64,000 nucleotides of DNA from Eledone cirrhosa. Its lineage: Eukaryota. The position numbers and the translations under genes are program-made. Position 1 is the stretch's first letter. Every line of letters starts with the position of its first letter. The stretch covers positions 72,788,001 through 72,852,000 of the forward strand of contig OZ024743.1 of the NCBI GenBank assembly GCA_964016885.1, given 5' to 3'. Of the stretch, positions 1-12,666 are shown one piece after another. The notes under the pieces were generated by a model that saw nothing but the letters and a program-made list of their open reading frames with translations, searched no databases and was not told the origin of the DNA.

Positions 1-30
1 TGTATGTATGTGTTTATATGTTTATATATT

Positions 31-95
<65 letters not shown>

Positions 96-124
96 TTGTG
101 TGTAGGTGTGTGTGTGTGTATGTA

Positions 125-190
<66 letters not shown>

Positions 191-253
191 TATATTTTGA
201 TATGTGTGTGTATGTGTGTATATGTACTCTATGTATGTGTGTATGTATGTGTT

Positions 254-290
<37 letters not shown>

Positions 291-324
291 GTATATGTTT
301 GTATATATATATATATATATATAT

Positions 325-902
325 TTCGGTACCCGGACAGACGTTCATCCACGAAACTCGCGAGTCACGTATGGTCCCTCAAGGACTCAAATATAGACTA
401 CTCCATTCAATGGAAAGCCGTCACTAAGTCCAAGCCATACGCAAGGAGAAGTCCGCCGTGTGGACTATGTATTGATGAACGAATAAATATTCTAAAGAGA
501 TTATGCAATAGTGATTGCCTAAACACGTGAAATGAATTCTTCACAAGTTGTCCACACATCTCAAAACACCTCTTGAATAACTACAAAGCTCCGGATTGAA
601 TTACAACAACATCATAATTTTCTTATCAACTAGAAACTTTTAGGGCTTTCGCAGTTGTCTCCCCTACACCTCCTGCGCGCCTTTTAGTATTTACTGTGGG
701 AAGTGACCGGTTTCTGCGCATGCGCGTTAGTACGGTTGTCCATCCTTTTCCCTATAACCATGTTTATTACGAGCTAAGGATCCGCTAAGGTGAAACAATT
801 GTTCTCGGTATGGTGAACTAAATGTTGTGTAACCACTTCTACCTAACTCGTCGCATGGACTGAGTGCTCTACCAATACGGATATTACCTTCCAGTTTTCT
901 AC

Positions 903-907
<5 letters not shown>
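325..907 (+). mobile_element. 3' fragment of Penelope-like element (C-terminal GIY-YIG domain, 3' UTR, degenerate HHR) between (TA)n tracts
   Basis: Translation DYSIQWKAVTKSKPYARRSPPCGLCIDERINILK...LNT*NEFFTSCPH resembles the W..PY..C-LC..E..LN..E..C-H tail of PLE endonucleases; (TA)n on both sides. Confidence 0.7.
767..810 (+). ncRNA. Degenerate minimal type I hammerhead motif
   Basis: tacgag-CTAAGGA-tccgctaaggt-GAAAC-AATT-GTT-ctcggta: stem I and palindromic stem III loop present, but core G5->A and GUU triplet, so probably inactive. Confidence 0.5.
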
Positions 908-942
<35 letters not shown>

Positions 943-945
<3 letters not shown>

Positions 946-1750
946 AAAAAGGGATATTCAATATGTTGGTAATTCAGCAAATATAAATGTTTATAACTGA
1001 TTCAGACCATTGGACAAAGAACGCTGGTATAACCAAACATTTAAGAGAGAGATCCGATAAAAAATCTTCCACTTCACTTTCAGATTTAATTTGGAACTTA
1101 AAAGACAACAATATAGTCTATTCAATATCTTGGGGAACGATTTCGAAAGCACCTGCATACCGAAATATTGCTTTCTCAAGATACTGTAACTTATGTATCG
1201 AGGAAATTGTTTTTTATAATTAACTCTCTAAAGTCTATTAATCTTAAAACAGAATTATTTTCTTTTTGCAGACATGGCCAAAATTCCACTTTCAGAAGTA
1301 TTTTTAATTTTTAATTTATGATATTCATTGCACTTAACTGTATCTTATACAACATCAAAATGATCCTATTTTCTTTAAAACATTTCATTTCTCACTCTTA
1401 ATATGCATAAGGAAAGTATATACATTCAAACGTTCAATCGACCGACAGTAAGGTATACGGTGCTGATGATAGTTAATAAGCTAGAAACTACTTCATCGTT
1501 CCTTTGTCATTGTTGAACAAAAGGGCAACGATAGTTGCCGAACACTATACGACTTAATTCGGGCTGTTTGTTTAAAACAAATCTAGCATTATAATAAATG
1601 TTCGATAAACCCATACGTACATATATATATGTGCATGTATGTATGTATATACATACTACTGTACGTCTGTATACATATATGTATGTACGTATACATACTT
1701 ATATTTAAGTATCAGCCGTACTAAGACTGAGAAATGAAATTTCATTTTTT
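943..1750 (+). mobile_element. 3' fragment of Penelope-like element (GIY-YIG remnant plus HHR-bearing terminal repeat)
   Basis: ORF 987-1223 LSDLIWNLKDNNIVYSISWGTISKAPAYRNIAFSRYCNLCIEE; 1485-1750 is homologous to the foldback at 19260-19810. Confidence 0.75.
1458..1498 (+). ncRNA. Minimal type I hammerhead motif (stem III mutated)
   Basis: cggtg-CTGATGA-tagtt aata agcta-GAAAC-TACTT-catcg; the homologous copy near 19534 reads GAAACTAGTA. Confidence 0.6.
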
Positions 1751-1783
1751 CCATGTACATATGTATGTATATATAGGTGTATG

Positions 1784-1816
<33 letters not shown>

Positions 1817-2505
1817 GTGTATATAGTAATAATAATAAATGTGAAGACTAAACTTCAAAGAGGGCTCGAGCAATACTTTGCTTAAACTTTAATCTGTTAT
1901 TTTAATAAATAGATAAACATATATATATATATATATATACATGTATCTGCATGTATTTGTGTGTGTGTGTGTGTTGTGTGTGTGTGTGTCTCTGTGTGTG
2001 TGTGGGGGGGGGGGGGTTGTGCGTGTGTGTATGTGTACATAAAACAATTAAAACCAAACAAATGTCAGAGATTGGTAGTTAATTAGTTCATATATTTACC
2101 ACCGTGTCCGAGGGTCGATTGGTCGTGGTGATCGATGTATCGATTAGCATGGAACTGGTTACTTTACTACTTGTTTCTAGTCTTCAAACATTCCTATTTG
2201 ATCGACAAATGTATATATATGTGTGTGTATGTGTATGTGCAGATACGTGTGTTTGAGTATTTATGTGGGTATGTGTGTTTGTGTCTGTGTAGATTGAATC
2301 CCGAGTGATCCACAAGAAGAAATATAGTTTATGTACTTACATACGAGATATACTGATTTCTTAACTTATATCTCTAGTATCTGTGAAAATTATTAAATCA
2401 GCATATCAATGTACGCACACACAAACAAACACACACATACACACACACACACGCACACACACGCGCACACACGTACACACACACACACACATACACACAC
2501 ACACA

Positions 2506-2543
<38 letters not shown>

Positions 2544-2570
2544 TAAACATATATATATATAAATATATAA

Positions 2571-2604
<34 letters not shown>

Positions 2605-2608
<4 letters not shown>

Positions 2609-2800
2609 ATTGGTGTGGGATGCTTAAAGCGTCCGTATGCGGCAGGCAGTTTGAGCACTCGATGCTCTTATAGAACAGGGTATAATATCATATATGAAAC
2701 GGAGAATCAATGGTGCGAGGAATTAAAATGTGTTAGACATATTACAATCGTTTCTTAAATTTCAATTCGTCGTACCACTGATTCTCTGTTTCTTATGTGA
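2605..2800 (-). mobile_element. Truncated copy of the HHR-element family also at 15550, 29953, 55966 and 58215
   Basis: Shares taattggtgtgggatgcttaaagcgtccgtatgcg...gacatattacaatcgtttc with 55966-56110; (TA)n flanks. Confidence 0.65.
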
Positions 2801-2814
2801 TACATATATATATA

Positions 2815-3300
2815 TAATTATATCAAACTAACCTTTACAGAATAATTGCTTAGACAAGAACTTAATTTATAAATGTACAGTTAAAACTATAGACAAAGAA
2901 TGTAATAATATTGGTACCACTTCTACAAAATTCAAAGAACGCTGGTATAACCATAAACACACATTTGAGAAATCCCATAAAAATCTTCCACTTCACTTTA
3001 ACATTTAATTTGGAACTTAAAAGACAACAATATAGACTATTCAATATCTTGGGGAACGATTTCGAAAGCACCTGCATACCGAAATATGGCTTTCTCAAGA
3101 TTCTGTAAGTTGTGAATCGAGGAAATGTTTTATATAATTAACCGTCGAAACTCTATTAATCTTAAAACAGTTATTTTCTTCTTGCATACATCGCCAAAAT
3201 TCCACTTTCTGAAGTATTTTTAATTTCTGATAGTTATTACACAAGGCTATATCTTATACACGTTCAAAATGATCCTATTTTCTTTAAAAATTAAAATTTA
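2815..3300 (+). mobile_element. Second copy of the PLE GIY-YIG 3' fragment (same family as 943-1750)
   Basis: 2935-3290 aligns by eye with 1016-1380 (aagaacgctggtataacca...gatcctattttctttaaaa). Confidence 0.75.
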
Positions 3301-3936
3301 ATCTTAAATGTAAATTCTTTTAAATGATCTTTCTTCTTTTTTTTTTTATTATTCCTACTATTTTTGCCTTTGACATTAATTTATTAATATATATATATTT
3401 TTCAATATTTTTTACTTCTGTCATATATTTTTTAGATGTGGATTGATAATCTTTATTTGACATTATGAAAATGTATCCTCTTGCCGATAGTTTTTAGAAA
3501 TGCACATTACATTTTTCCTCTCCCTTTGATCTTCACACTTTCACACATCTTGCGACTAAAATAATTAATCTCACACGAAATAATACATAATTTTATCTAT
3601 ATATTTCCTGCGTAAATCATTCATCAAATTTAACGGTTAACAAACAAGATTGGAGTTATCTTTTCCATTTCAATCGTGCAAACAAACATATTATAATATA
3701 ATATGTACGTTAAACTATATAACTTCGCTAAATTAACAATATTCTGAAGACATTTTTAAAGTTGCAACAAAATATTCGAATCTACAAATTGTTCTCCTCT
3801 TACATCTTTAAGCACCTGTTTTTTTCATGTAAAATGCAAAATCAACACACTTCGTAACTCATATTAGAAATCTAAACAACTAGTAATTGTAAATTAGTTC
3901 TATTTCTATAATACTTATACATGCACAATTATTAAT

Positions 3937-4030
3937 CTTTGCCTTTCATCCTTACGGGGTCGATAAAATAAAGTACCAGTAATACAATGGAATAATTGCT
4001 GGCCTTGTGCCAAATGTAGAAACAATTATT
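3937..4030 (+). mobile_element. 5'-truncated tRNA-derived SINE (Meta-domain-like family)
   Basis: ctttgcctttcatccttacggggtcgataaaataaagtaccag core; flanking direct repeat caattattaatct. Confidence 0.8.
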
Positions 4031-4117
4031 AATCTATATAGATATTTATATACTTATAACCTATTGTAATGTAATAAGATAAAATATACTTATAACCATA
4101 ATTATTCATATTGTTGT

Positions 4118-4770
4118 GTGCATACATCGATGACTGGTGCATCTGGACATATCTTCAGTGATGTGCCTGGTATGATCGGTGTTTCGGGTCTTTCAACATC
4201 ATACATCCTTCTCCGGGTGACCCAGCCGGGGCTGATCAGACCCCAGCTGTGTCCAGATGGCCAGCTAGCTACCATTATTACATTGCTCTCCTATTTTGAT
4301 CCACAGCCATAATGCGGCCCTCTCTGCCGCATCGGTAGTACTGCAGATGGCCTTCTTCCTTCTCACTCCCTCGATGCCCAAACTACTGAAGGCTCTGGTC
4401 AGGGAACGGGCTGCGAAACCCCTGCATCCAACTTCCTTTGGGAGATACATCGCCCTCCAACCAACCCGCTGACAGTCACTGACCAGAACCGCGTACTTGG
4501 AGAGCTTTCTCTCAAAGGCTTCTTCCAGGCGATCTTCCCATTGGACAGTCAACTCCAGCAGCACTACTTGCTTGGTGGTCTGAGAGATGAGGACAATGTC
4601 TGGTCGCAGGATGGTGACCGCAATGTGGCCAGGGAACTTCAGCTGACGTTCAAGATCCACCAATAGCTGCCAGTCTCTTGCAGATGTTAGGATGCCCGCC
4701 GATGTTTTCCTGGCAGGGGTTGGCGGCTCCCCAGCTCTGACAAAGGCGATAGTTTTCTTGGAGGGTCGGA
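4118..4770 (-). mobile_element. 3' fragment of restriction-like-endonuclease non-LTR retrotransposon (HERO/NeSL-like)
   Basis: ORF 4265-4663 contains RPDIVLIS..VVLLELTVQWE..ERKLSKY..EVGCRGF, a PD-(D/E)xK RLE domain. Confidence 0.8.
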
Positions 4771-5633
4771 ACCAAGAGTTAGCTCTACAATTAAGGAGTC
4801 GTATTTATATATCTATATCCAAAATTAAGATAAATCAAAGTGAATTTATTCTAAATCAAGTGTGCTTACACACTTGTAAAAATTATCCCCTGTGATTGTT
4901 TCATATTTATTTATATGTTAATCAATTTCTAGTTGATATAAAATGCTTGGACCTATTCATCAGAATCTTGGAGCTTATTTTACGGGTGATGTGGCGCATG
5001 CCTTTCTGGCATGACACCCATAATTTTGATTTAGATTAAATTCACTTTGATTTATCTTAATTTCGGATATAGATATATAAATACGTCTCCTTAATTGTAG
5101 AGCTAACATTGGTGAAAGGACTTGACTGCTGTTTCTGGTTGTCGATAACCCTATTCATGCCTCTGAGACGAAGCTGGTATTATGTGTGTATTTTTAGTAG
5201 ATACAGCACATGTTACTGGGCAGTTGCTGATTTGAACTTAATGCGTAAACACAGATGGCTGCACTTCTTCCTTGTTGAAAATACAAGTATCGGCCTCCGT
5301 AGTTTACCATTCGATTAATTGGTGAAATATATTTCTTCAATGGAATATATACAGGGAAGATTAATCATATTATAAGGTATCTATTTTTGAAGTTCTAGTT
5401 AACTTTATTTAGTTACCTACCTAGCTATGTGTGCTTACGCACTTGTAAAAATTATCCCCTGTGATTGTTTCATATGTTTATTTATATGTTAATCAATTTC
5501 TAGTTGTTATAAAATGCTTGGACCCATTGATTAGAATCTTGGAGCTTATTTTGCGGGTGATATTGCGCATGCCTTTCTGGCATGACACCAATAATTTTGA
5601 TTTAGATTAAATTCATTTGATTTATCTTAATTT

Positions 5634-5635
<2 letters not shown>
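4771..5635. repeat. Inverted plus partial-tandem repeat element
   Basis: 4771-4860 is the reverse complement of about 5025-5113; 4860-5065 is directly repeated at 5428-5635; ends in (TA)n. Confidence 0.8.
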
Positions 5636-5676
<41 letters not shown>

Positions 5677-5709
5677 CAAGTAAGTATGTTTTGAAACATA
5701 TATATATAT

Positions 5710-5860
5710 AACAAAAGAATTGTTGTAAGGAACCAGATGGACCATAACGCACCAGAGTACTCAATACTTATGGTAGTAGTGTGGGAATAGGAAAAGTATG
5801 ACCCCGACGGCAGAGCTCAAGCCCTTTCGACGGCTATTTCTGGACTAAATTATAATTTTT
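5710..5860. mobile_element. Short TA-flanked repeat family (gaccccgacggc-gagctcaagcc-tttcgacggc), also at 7234-7460, 9880-10030, 52706-52880, 53101-53160
   Basis: Shared sequence in five places; two copies are foldbacks. Confidence 0.75.
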
Positions 5861-6276
5861 AACCTGGTGAATAAATAGTCGAACTTGTCAAGGGGGTATT
5901 CCTTATATAGGAAGATTGTAGTTTTCAAGAGGATTGGTTAAAATTTGTTGTAAACACAAATAAGTCTATCATGGCATTTGGTGGGAGGTAGGGGTGGCTG
6001 AACTTGCCTGAAGAACAATAGGGGAGTGAGTGGATCGGCCAAGCGTTGACGTGATATGTATACAGCAGATTCTAAGGATAGTGTGTGAAGTGGAGGAGGG
6101 AGGTTATAGAATATGTAAATCGAATGAGAGTAGGAGATAATAAAAGATAATAGAAAGAAATAAAAAAAAATTCATATAATTAGATAGTGAGAAACTAATT
6201 AAAAAAATCACAATGCTATCTTACAATTACAGGTTAATATGTTGAAAATAGAAAAAACTTGTATATATATATATAT

Positions 6277-6440
6277 AAGTTTGTTCCGGGTTCAATGGGG
6301 GTAACCACAGTAAGCAGGGTATACATATACATTATAGAAAGGCTTCTCCAGGACTAGAACTGTTTCATTCGGGAGAAATCATCAGGATGATTTCTAAAGA
6401 ATGAAACCGTTCTAGTCCTGTAGAATCTCATCTATATTGA

Positions 6441-6445
<5 letters not shown>
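6277..6445. mobile_element. Mini foldback with HHR-like core at the apex (family also at 11480-11670, 18072-18265, 19965-20065)
   Basis: caggactagaactgtttcattc...gaatgaaaccgttctagtcctg inverted arms; CTGATGA-tttc..gaat-GAAAC on the minus arm; (TA)n flanks. Confidence 0.75.
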
Positions 6446-6489
<44 letters not shown>

Positions 6490-6530
6490 CGAAACATAAG
6501 TCAATTGCATGAACTCATAATCCTTTATTT

Positions 6531-6586
6531 ACTGCTATATATATTTTGATGATAGCCATTGAATGGCTATGACCTCATCAGGCAGT
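6531..6586 (-). ncRNA. Minimal type I hammerhead motif (G12->A)
   Basis: Minus strand: actgc-CTGATGA-ggtc atagcca ttcaa tggctat catc-AAAA-TATATA-TA-gcagt, followed by aataaa; perfect 5-bp stem I. Confidence 0.7.
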
Positions 6587-6626
6587 TAGTCAGTTTGTTA
6601 CATACACACGGCCGTCAGCTTTGTTA

Positions 6627-6685
<59 letters not shown>

Positions 6686-6714
6686 TATATATTTGCTTTA
6701 TAGTTTTGTGTGTG

Positions 6715-6802
<88 letters not shown>

Positions 6803-6804
<2 letters not shown>

Positions 6805-7210
6805 AATTAATAAAAACAATGAATAAAAACAAAGACCAAGTTCCTTATATAAAAAAATTCATCATTTTACGATCGTTTCTAGGATATATATGTGTTGGTA
6901 TGTATATCATATAGATCTATGTAAAAATATTACAAACTATCAGAGGAAATATACATACCTTCACATATATATGCTCTCTTCAGAAATAATCATTATTTCT
7001 GATATAATATCGTTATTTCTGATATATTATTTTTTAATATAAGGAACTTGTTCTTTGTTTTTATTCATTGTTTTTATTAATTTATCTTGACTCTGTTTTC
7101 CTGTGATTTTCATCGAACATTTTTGAATGCATCTTCTCTTTTCATGATATTTGGATTACATTGAGTTCTTCGTGCGGATTGGACACTACCGTATATGTTG
7201 ATAGATTTAT
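6803..7210. mobile_element. Foldback element of the long-stem-II HHR family (related to 59230-59490 and 62655-62980)
   Basis: 6803-6858 is inverted relative to 7030-7085; 7150-7190 matches 62675-62720 in reverse complement. Confidence 0.75.
6859..6990 (-). ncRNA. Type I hammerhead with about 100-nt stem II insert
   Basis: Minus strand: attattt-CTGAAGA-[~97 nt]-GAAAC-GATC-GTA-aaatgat; stem I pairs and core is intact. Confidence 0.7.
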
Positions 7211-7233
7211 CTATATATATATATATATATATA

Positions 7234-7460
7234 TAAAAAAAAGTATGACCCCGACGTCAGAGCTCAAGACGTTTCGACGGCTATTTCTGGCCGTGGCTAT
7301 TATGAAAAAATTCAGTCCAGAAATAGCCGTCGAAACGGCTTGAGCTCTGCCGTCGGGGTCATACTTTTTCTTAGTTCCCACTCTACTACCGTAAGTATTG
7401 AGTACTCTGATTCTGATGCATTATGGTCCATCTGGTTCCTTACCACAATTCCTTTGTTAT
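7234..7460. mobile_element. TA-flanked foldback of the gaccccgacggc family
   Basis: 7238-7291 is the reverse complement of about 7317-7369. Confidence 0.8.
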
Positions 7461-7475
7461 ATAAATATATATATA

Positions 7476-7514
<39 letters not shown>

Positions 7515-7563
7515 TATATATATATAATATATAAGATCAAAAGATGGTTAAATGAGTTCCATG

Positions 7564-7634
7564 TATTTTATTATGCGCATTTCAAAAACAAATATCATCA
7601 TGCAATAACATTTGTGTTTTCATCAGATAAAATA
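7564..7634 (-). ncRNA. Minimal type I hammerhead (left arm)
   Basis: Reverse complement of the 9185-9255 motif with intact core. Confidence 0.85.
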
Positions 7635-9184
7635 GGAGGACATGATATGAAGGTTAAAAACACTTGTGCATAGTGCAGTTTTAAATCAACATATGAAAAG
7701 TAGCTTTAGATTGATATGTGATATTGGGGAAACATTTTTTTTTAGGGGAGGGGAGGTTGGAAAGGATGAAAAAGAGGAGGAGATGAGAGTAAAAAGTGGA
7801 GGGGGGGATTATAATGAGGAAGGATGAGATAGGAGGAGACATGGGTGATAGAGAGAGAGATAGCTTTTATAACTGAGAAAAAATATATTGTTTTACATAG
7901 AAAGGTTGAAAAACCGTTGGAAGATAGTGTATAAATTAAAAAAATTTGAAAATTAACGAAGAGAAAAATAATGTAAAGTTAAGGTTTGTATATTGAAGGG
8001 TTTAATAATATGTGCGATGAAAAGAAATTGTTAATATGTATTAAGAATAATATTTAAGGGTTTAATAATATGTGCGATGGAAAGAAAATGTTGATATGTA
8101 TTATTAAAAAAACAGAAGTAATGTAAGTAAGGATATATTGTGAGATATAATTTAGATTCTATAATAAATAGACGCACTGACTTGTTTTTATCTGCTTGCA
8201 TAAATTCCACAGAACTTTCCATAAAGTATACAGCTAATATCCTAAACTTTATCAATTCAGAATCCTCTTCTCAAAGGCTCATATACATATATATATATAT
8301 ACTTCTTTAAAAATATACCCATCTTTCTACCTTATTTCAAAGTTATTTATTATATTCTATATCACTCCTATTCATCATTTCCCTTTTTTCCTTTTCTTTT
8401 TCTTTTCTTTTTCTTTTAATTTCTAACCCCTAATCTGTACCTTTTCTCACTGTGCCTAACATAGAAACAATTATTACACAATACACTATATTCTTACTTT
8501 ATATCACCTTGAAAAAATCCTTCGTAAACATAAACATTTTTTTTAATGTTAGATTATTCATCCTCTATTCATTATTTTTTTCTCACTTTCATCTAACTTA
8601 TTCATGCTCATCTCACAATATATCCTTACTTACATTACTTCTGTTTTTTTAATAATACATGTCAACATTTTCTTTCCATCGCACATATTATTAAACCCTT
8701 AAATATTATTCTTATTACATATTAAAATTTTCTTTCCATCGCACATATTATTAAACCCTTAAATATTATTCTTAATACATATTAACAATTTCTTTTCATC
8801 GCACATATTATTAAACCCTTCAATATACAAACCTTAACTTTACATTATTTTTCTCTTCGTTAATTTTCAAATTCTTTTAATTTATACACTATCTTCCAAC
8901 GGTTTTTCAACCTTTCTATGTAAAACAATATATTTTTTCTCAGTTATAAAAGCTATCTCTCTCTCTTTATCACCCATCTCTCCTCCTGTCTCATCCTTCC
9001 TCATTATACTCCCCCCTCCTCCACTTTTTACTCTCATCGCCTCCTCTTTTTCATCCTTTCCAACCTCCCCTCCCCTAAAAAAAATGTTTCCCCAATATCA
9101 CATATCAATCTAAAACTACTTTTCATATGTTGAATTAAAACTGCACTATCCACAAGTGTTTTTAACCTTCATATCATGTCCTCC

Positions 9185-9255
9185 TATTTTATCTGATGAA
9201 AACACAAATGTTATTGCATGAAGATATTTGTTTTTGAAATGCGCATAATAAAATA
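9185..9255 (+). ncRNA. Minimal type I hammerhead (right arm)
   Basis: tattttat-CTGATGA-aaacacaaatgtt...gatatttgttttt-GAAAT-GCGC-ATA-ataaaata: 8-bp stem I, long stem II, palindromic stem III, AUA triplet. Confidence 0.88.
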
Positions 9256-9379
9256 CATGGAACTCATTTAACCATCTTTTGATCTTATATATTATGTATA
9301 CTCCAGTCCTACAAACTGTAGAGTGCTTCTCTATCCGATATCTGCATTGCTTTATTGTACAACAATAAAACTCACCTCT

Positions 9380-9467
<88 letters not shown>

Positions 9468-9475
9468 CATGTATG

Positions 9476-9509
<34 letters not shown>

Positions 9510-9511
<2 letters not shown>

Positions 9512-9635
9512 AAGGTGTGTGGCTGATTGATTGGAGAACTGGTGGATTCGCAATCATAAGCTTGTCAGTTCGATTCCTGGACCGGTCAATACGTTATGTC
9601 GTTGAACAAGACACTTTATTTCACGTTGCTCCTTC
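9510..9635 (+). mobile_element. Degenerate tRNA-derived SINE, second family
   Basis: B-box-like gttcgattcc followed by gttgaacaagacactttatttcacgttgctcc; homologous to 25960-26098 (minus). Confidence 0.6.
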
Positions 9636-10165
9636 TACCTGGAGTTGCGACCGATAGATAGTATTAGCAATTGGAAAGACCAACGGAAACATTGTTTCCT
9701 TGGTCTGATTTGATGAAAGTCAATCGACAAAATATATATATATATATCTGACTGTTCCTCACAGAGGAAGGTATGTGACATATAGCTGTTATTTCTTCAA
9801 AGTTACATTTTAAAGTTACACTTTTAAATGATTATTTATCTAGTTAATTTCTACGGACTAAGGAGGAAGAAAATTGTATATATTTGTGACAGGACATCGA
9901 CGGCTGAGCTCCGATCGTTCCGACAGGTAGATCCGAACACTTTTCATATTACCCACTCTATTACCCTAAGTATTGAGTACTCTGGTGTGCTATGGTCTAC
10001 CTGGAATTTTACCACACCTTCTTTGTTACATATATATATACACACAAACACACACATGTATATATATGATATTATTAAGTTAATTTTAGGTTTAATCAAT
10101 ACATATAAAATTTATATCCATAATGATTCTCAGTAAAATGCTCATAAACATCAATTCATTGTATC

Positions 10166-10358
10166 AATAATTGTTTCTACTTTTGGCAGAAGGTCAGCAA
10201 TTACCCCGTGCATTAATGGTACTTTATTTTATCGACCCCTTAAGAATGAAAGGCAAAGTTAACCTCGGCGGGATTTGAACTCAGAATGGCAAGGGCCGTA
10301 ACTCTATGCATCAAAGCATGGCGTCCGACCCTCTACTGATACTGCCAATCCACGGCCT
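10166..10358 (-). mobile_element. Full-length tRNA-derived SINE (Meta-domain-like) with target-site duplication
   Basis: A-box-like tggcagtatcag and B box gagttcaaatccc on minus strand; direct repeat attcattgtatcaataat on both sides. Confidence 0.85.
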
Positions 10359-10654
10359 ATTCATTGTATCAATAATATAATATATTTGTAAAAGTTATAG
10401 AGGATACATCAAAGGCGAAACAAACTATTACTTTTGATATATATATATAACAAATTATATGTAGATTAAAATAAAATTATAAAGTCATAGATATAAAATT
10501 ATGTGAGCACAGCTTTATTCTATCACCTATGTGTATGACTTTAAATTTGTATTTAAATCTACATAGGCTGTATATGAATATATGTATAAATACAAGCCCG
10601 TTTCTCAATTGATATATTCTCGCACATAGTTTATGAGTATTATATATATATAAT

Positions 10655-10718
10655 AGAGAGAGAAAGAAAGGGAGAGAGAAAGAAAGGGAGAGAGAGAGAG
10701 ATAGAGAGAAAGAGGGAG

Positions 10719-10807
<89 letters not shown>
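10655..10807. repeat. (GA)n microsatellite
   Basis: Seen directly. Confidence 0.95.
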
Positions 10808-10810
<3 letters not shown>

Positions 10811-11249
10811 GCTGCCGAGGGAATATTTCTATGGACGGTAGTGTTATCTCTGATCGGGTATGCTGTTTATCGCTACTAAAACCACTTCTTCAGCGTTTCA
10901 TACTGAAATATATTTTCTTAGACTTGATCAATCAATGTTTTTTCTGCCGTCTTCGTATTTTATTTTTCTCTTAACAACTATGATATACAAAAGACGGCTC
11001 CAGAATTAGTCTTTATATAATCTTATTGATCATATCTACATATCTCTCTGTTGATAATGAAGTGTTATCTATAACCTTGCCTCTCCCTGTAATCGATTAC
11101 CAAAATACCACGAACATTTTATGCCTATAGGCTATATGTCCATTCATATATATATGTATGAACATTCATGTGTATATGTAATGGCTATATATCTATATAT
11201 ATATAAGAAAATACGAAGTAGTTTCAGATGTTAAATTCCTTTATTGATA

Positions 11250-11327
11250 AGGCTGTGAAACATAGTTCAATGATAACAGTGCCACTTGATTCCGTACCCC
11301 CAGTGCCATGATCTCATCAGACAGCTT
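11250..11327 (-). ncRNA. Degenerate type I hammerhead motif in a TA-flanked 220-bp element
   Basis: Minus strand: aagctgt-CTGATGA-gatcatggcactg...cactgttatcatt-GAAC-tatgtt-TC-acagcctt, then aataaa. Confidence 0.55.
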
Positions 11328-11420
11328 CTAACACAATAAGGCTACGTTCTCGAGACATTCCATATTAAAAGGACAAGGGGACGAACAAAGATGATGTTGT
11401 TGAAGCCTTCGCCCGTCCCT

Positions 11421-11479
<59 letters not shown>

Positions 11480-11482
<3 letters not shown>

Positions 11483-11670
11483 TTAATATAGATGACATTC
11501 TACAGGACTAGAACTGTTTCATTCTTGAGAAATCATCCTGATGATTTCTAAAGAATGAAACAGTTCTAGTCCTGTAGAATCTCATCTATATTAAAACTTT
11601 TATACTCTGCTATGTATTGAGTACCTTACTTACTGTGGTACCTCCTATTCAACCCGGAATAACTTACCTA
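11480..11670. mobile_element. Mini foldback with CTGATGA...GAAAC core at the apex
   Basis: gttttaatatagatg..ctacaggactagaactgtttcattc / gaatgaaacagttctagtcctgtag..catctatattaaaac. Confidence 0.8.
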
Positions 11671-11723
11671 TATATATATATATATAGTATACACATATGC
11701 ATATGTACTTGTTGTAATATGTA

Positions 11724-11754
<31 letters not shown>

Positions 11755-11760
<6 letters not shown>

Positions 11761-12540
11761 TAAAATAACAGATTAAAGTTTAAGCAAAGAATCGCTGCTT
11801 TGACCCTTAACGGGATCTTCTTTATTTGTATAAACGCGCACACACACACACACATATTTATATGTGCGTGGTTTTGTATACCTATGGTAAGTGTTTTCGC
11901 GTATGCTTGTGTATGTACGTATTTATATGCGTGTATGTATTTATTTAATTCCTATTACCTCTGTATTGTATTTATTTACTTTATTATGAACTCTGAAGCG
12001 GAGATTCATTCGGTTTCCTAGTTAGAATTTTAGTCTACGACTTCTGCTATACCATTTGCGTGGTTTTGTCTTTGCGTGCAATTGTTCTCCACGGTCCACA
12101 TATGACGTATTATCTTCGTTTTTTTCGTTCATTGCCAGAGAACGTCTATATGAACCACCTAATAGAATATTAGTCTACGACCTCTTTTATACCATAAACG
12201 TGGTTCTGTCTCTGCGCGTAATTGTTTTTCACCGCTCCTATTAATGACGTATAATATACGTTTTTTCCCATTCTTTGCCAGGGAACGTTCCACGAACCAA
12301 AGTATCGTCTTCCTGTCTTCCTCCAATTGCAACGTTCATTGAAATATCCACTTCTGCGTTTACAGATTGACTTTGTTAGTTTCATAAGATCCCGTTAAGG
12401 GTGAAAGCAGCGATTCTTTGCTTAAACTTTAATTTGTTATTTTAATAAATATTTGCTCTACGGTTCTTATATATTTGATATATATTTATCCCTATCGAGC
12501 CCTCTTTGGATTTTTGTCTTCAAATTTATTATTATTACTA
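11755..12540. mobile_element. TA-flanked element with inverted ends and an internal ~140-bp diverged tandem duplication (family also at 1824-1915 and 62191-62456)
   Basis: 11755-11820 is inverted relative to 12385-12452; ttagtctacgac units start near 12030 and 12170. Confidence 0.75.
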
Positions 12541-12541
12541 T

Positions 12542-12661
<120 letters not shown>

Positions 12662-12666
12662 ATGTA

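Larger units (their letters stand above)
7530..9290. mobile_element. 1.76-kb foldback element with a hammerhead near each outer end
   Basis: 7530-8150 is a near-perfect reverse complement of 8610-9290; internal 60-bp tandem repeats (2 left, 3 right); (TA)n adjacent on the left and about 90 bp away on the right. Confidence 0.9.

Noticed and set aside
14-530. YI-, CV-, RE- and HT-rich ORFs here and throughout the window
   Set aside because: Translations of (TA)n, (TG)n and (GA)n microsatellites
10820-10900. Possible minus-strand hammerhead (CTGAAGA...GAAATATTC)
   Set aside because: The flanks do not form stem I
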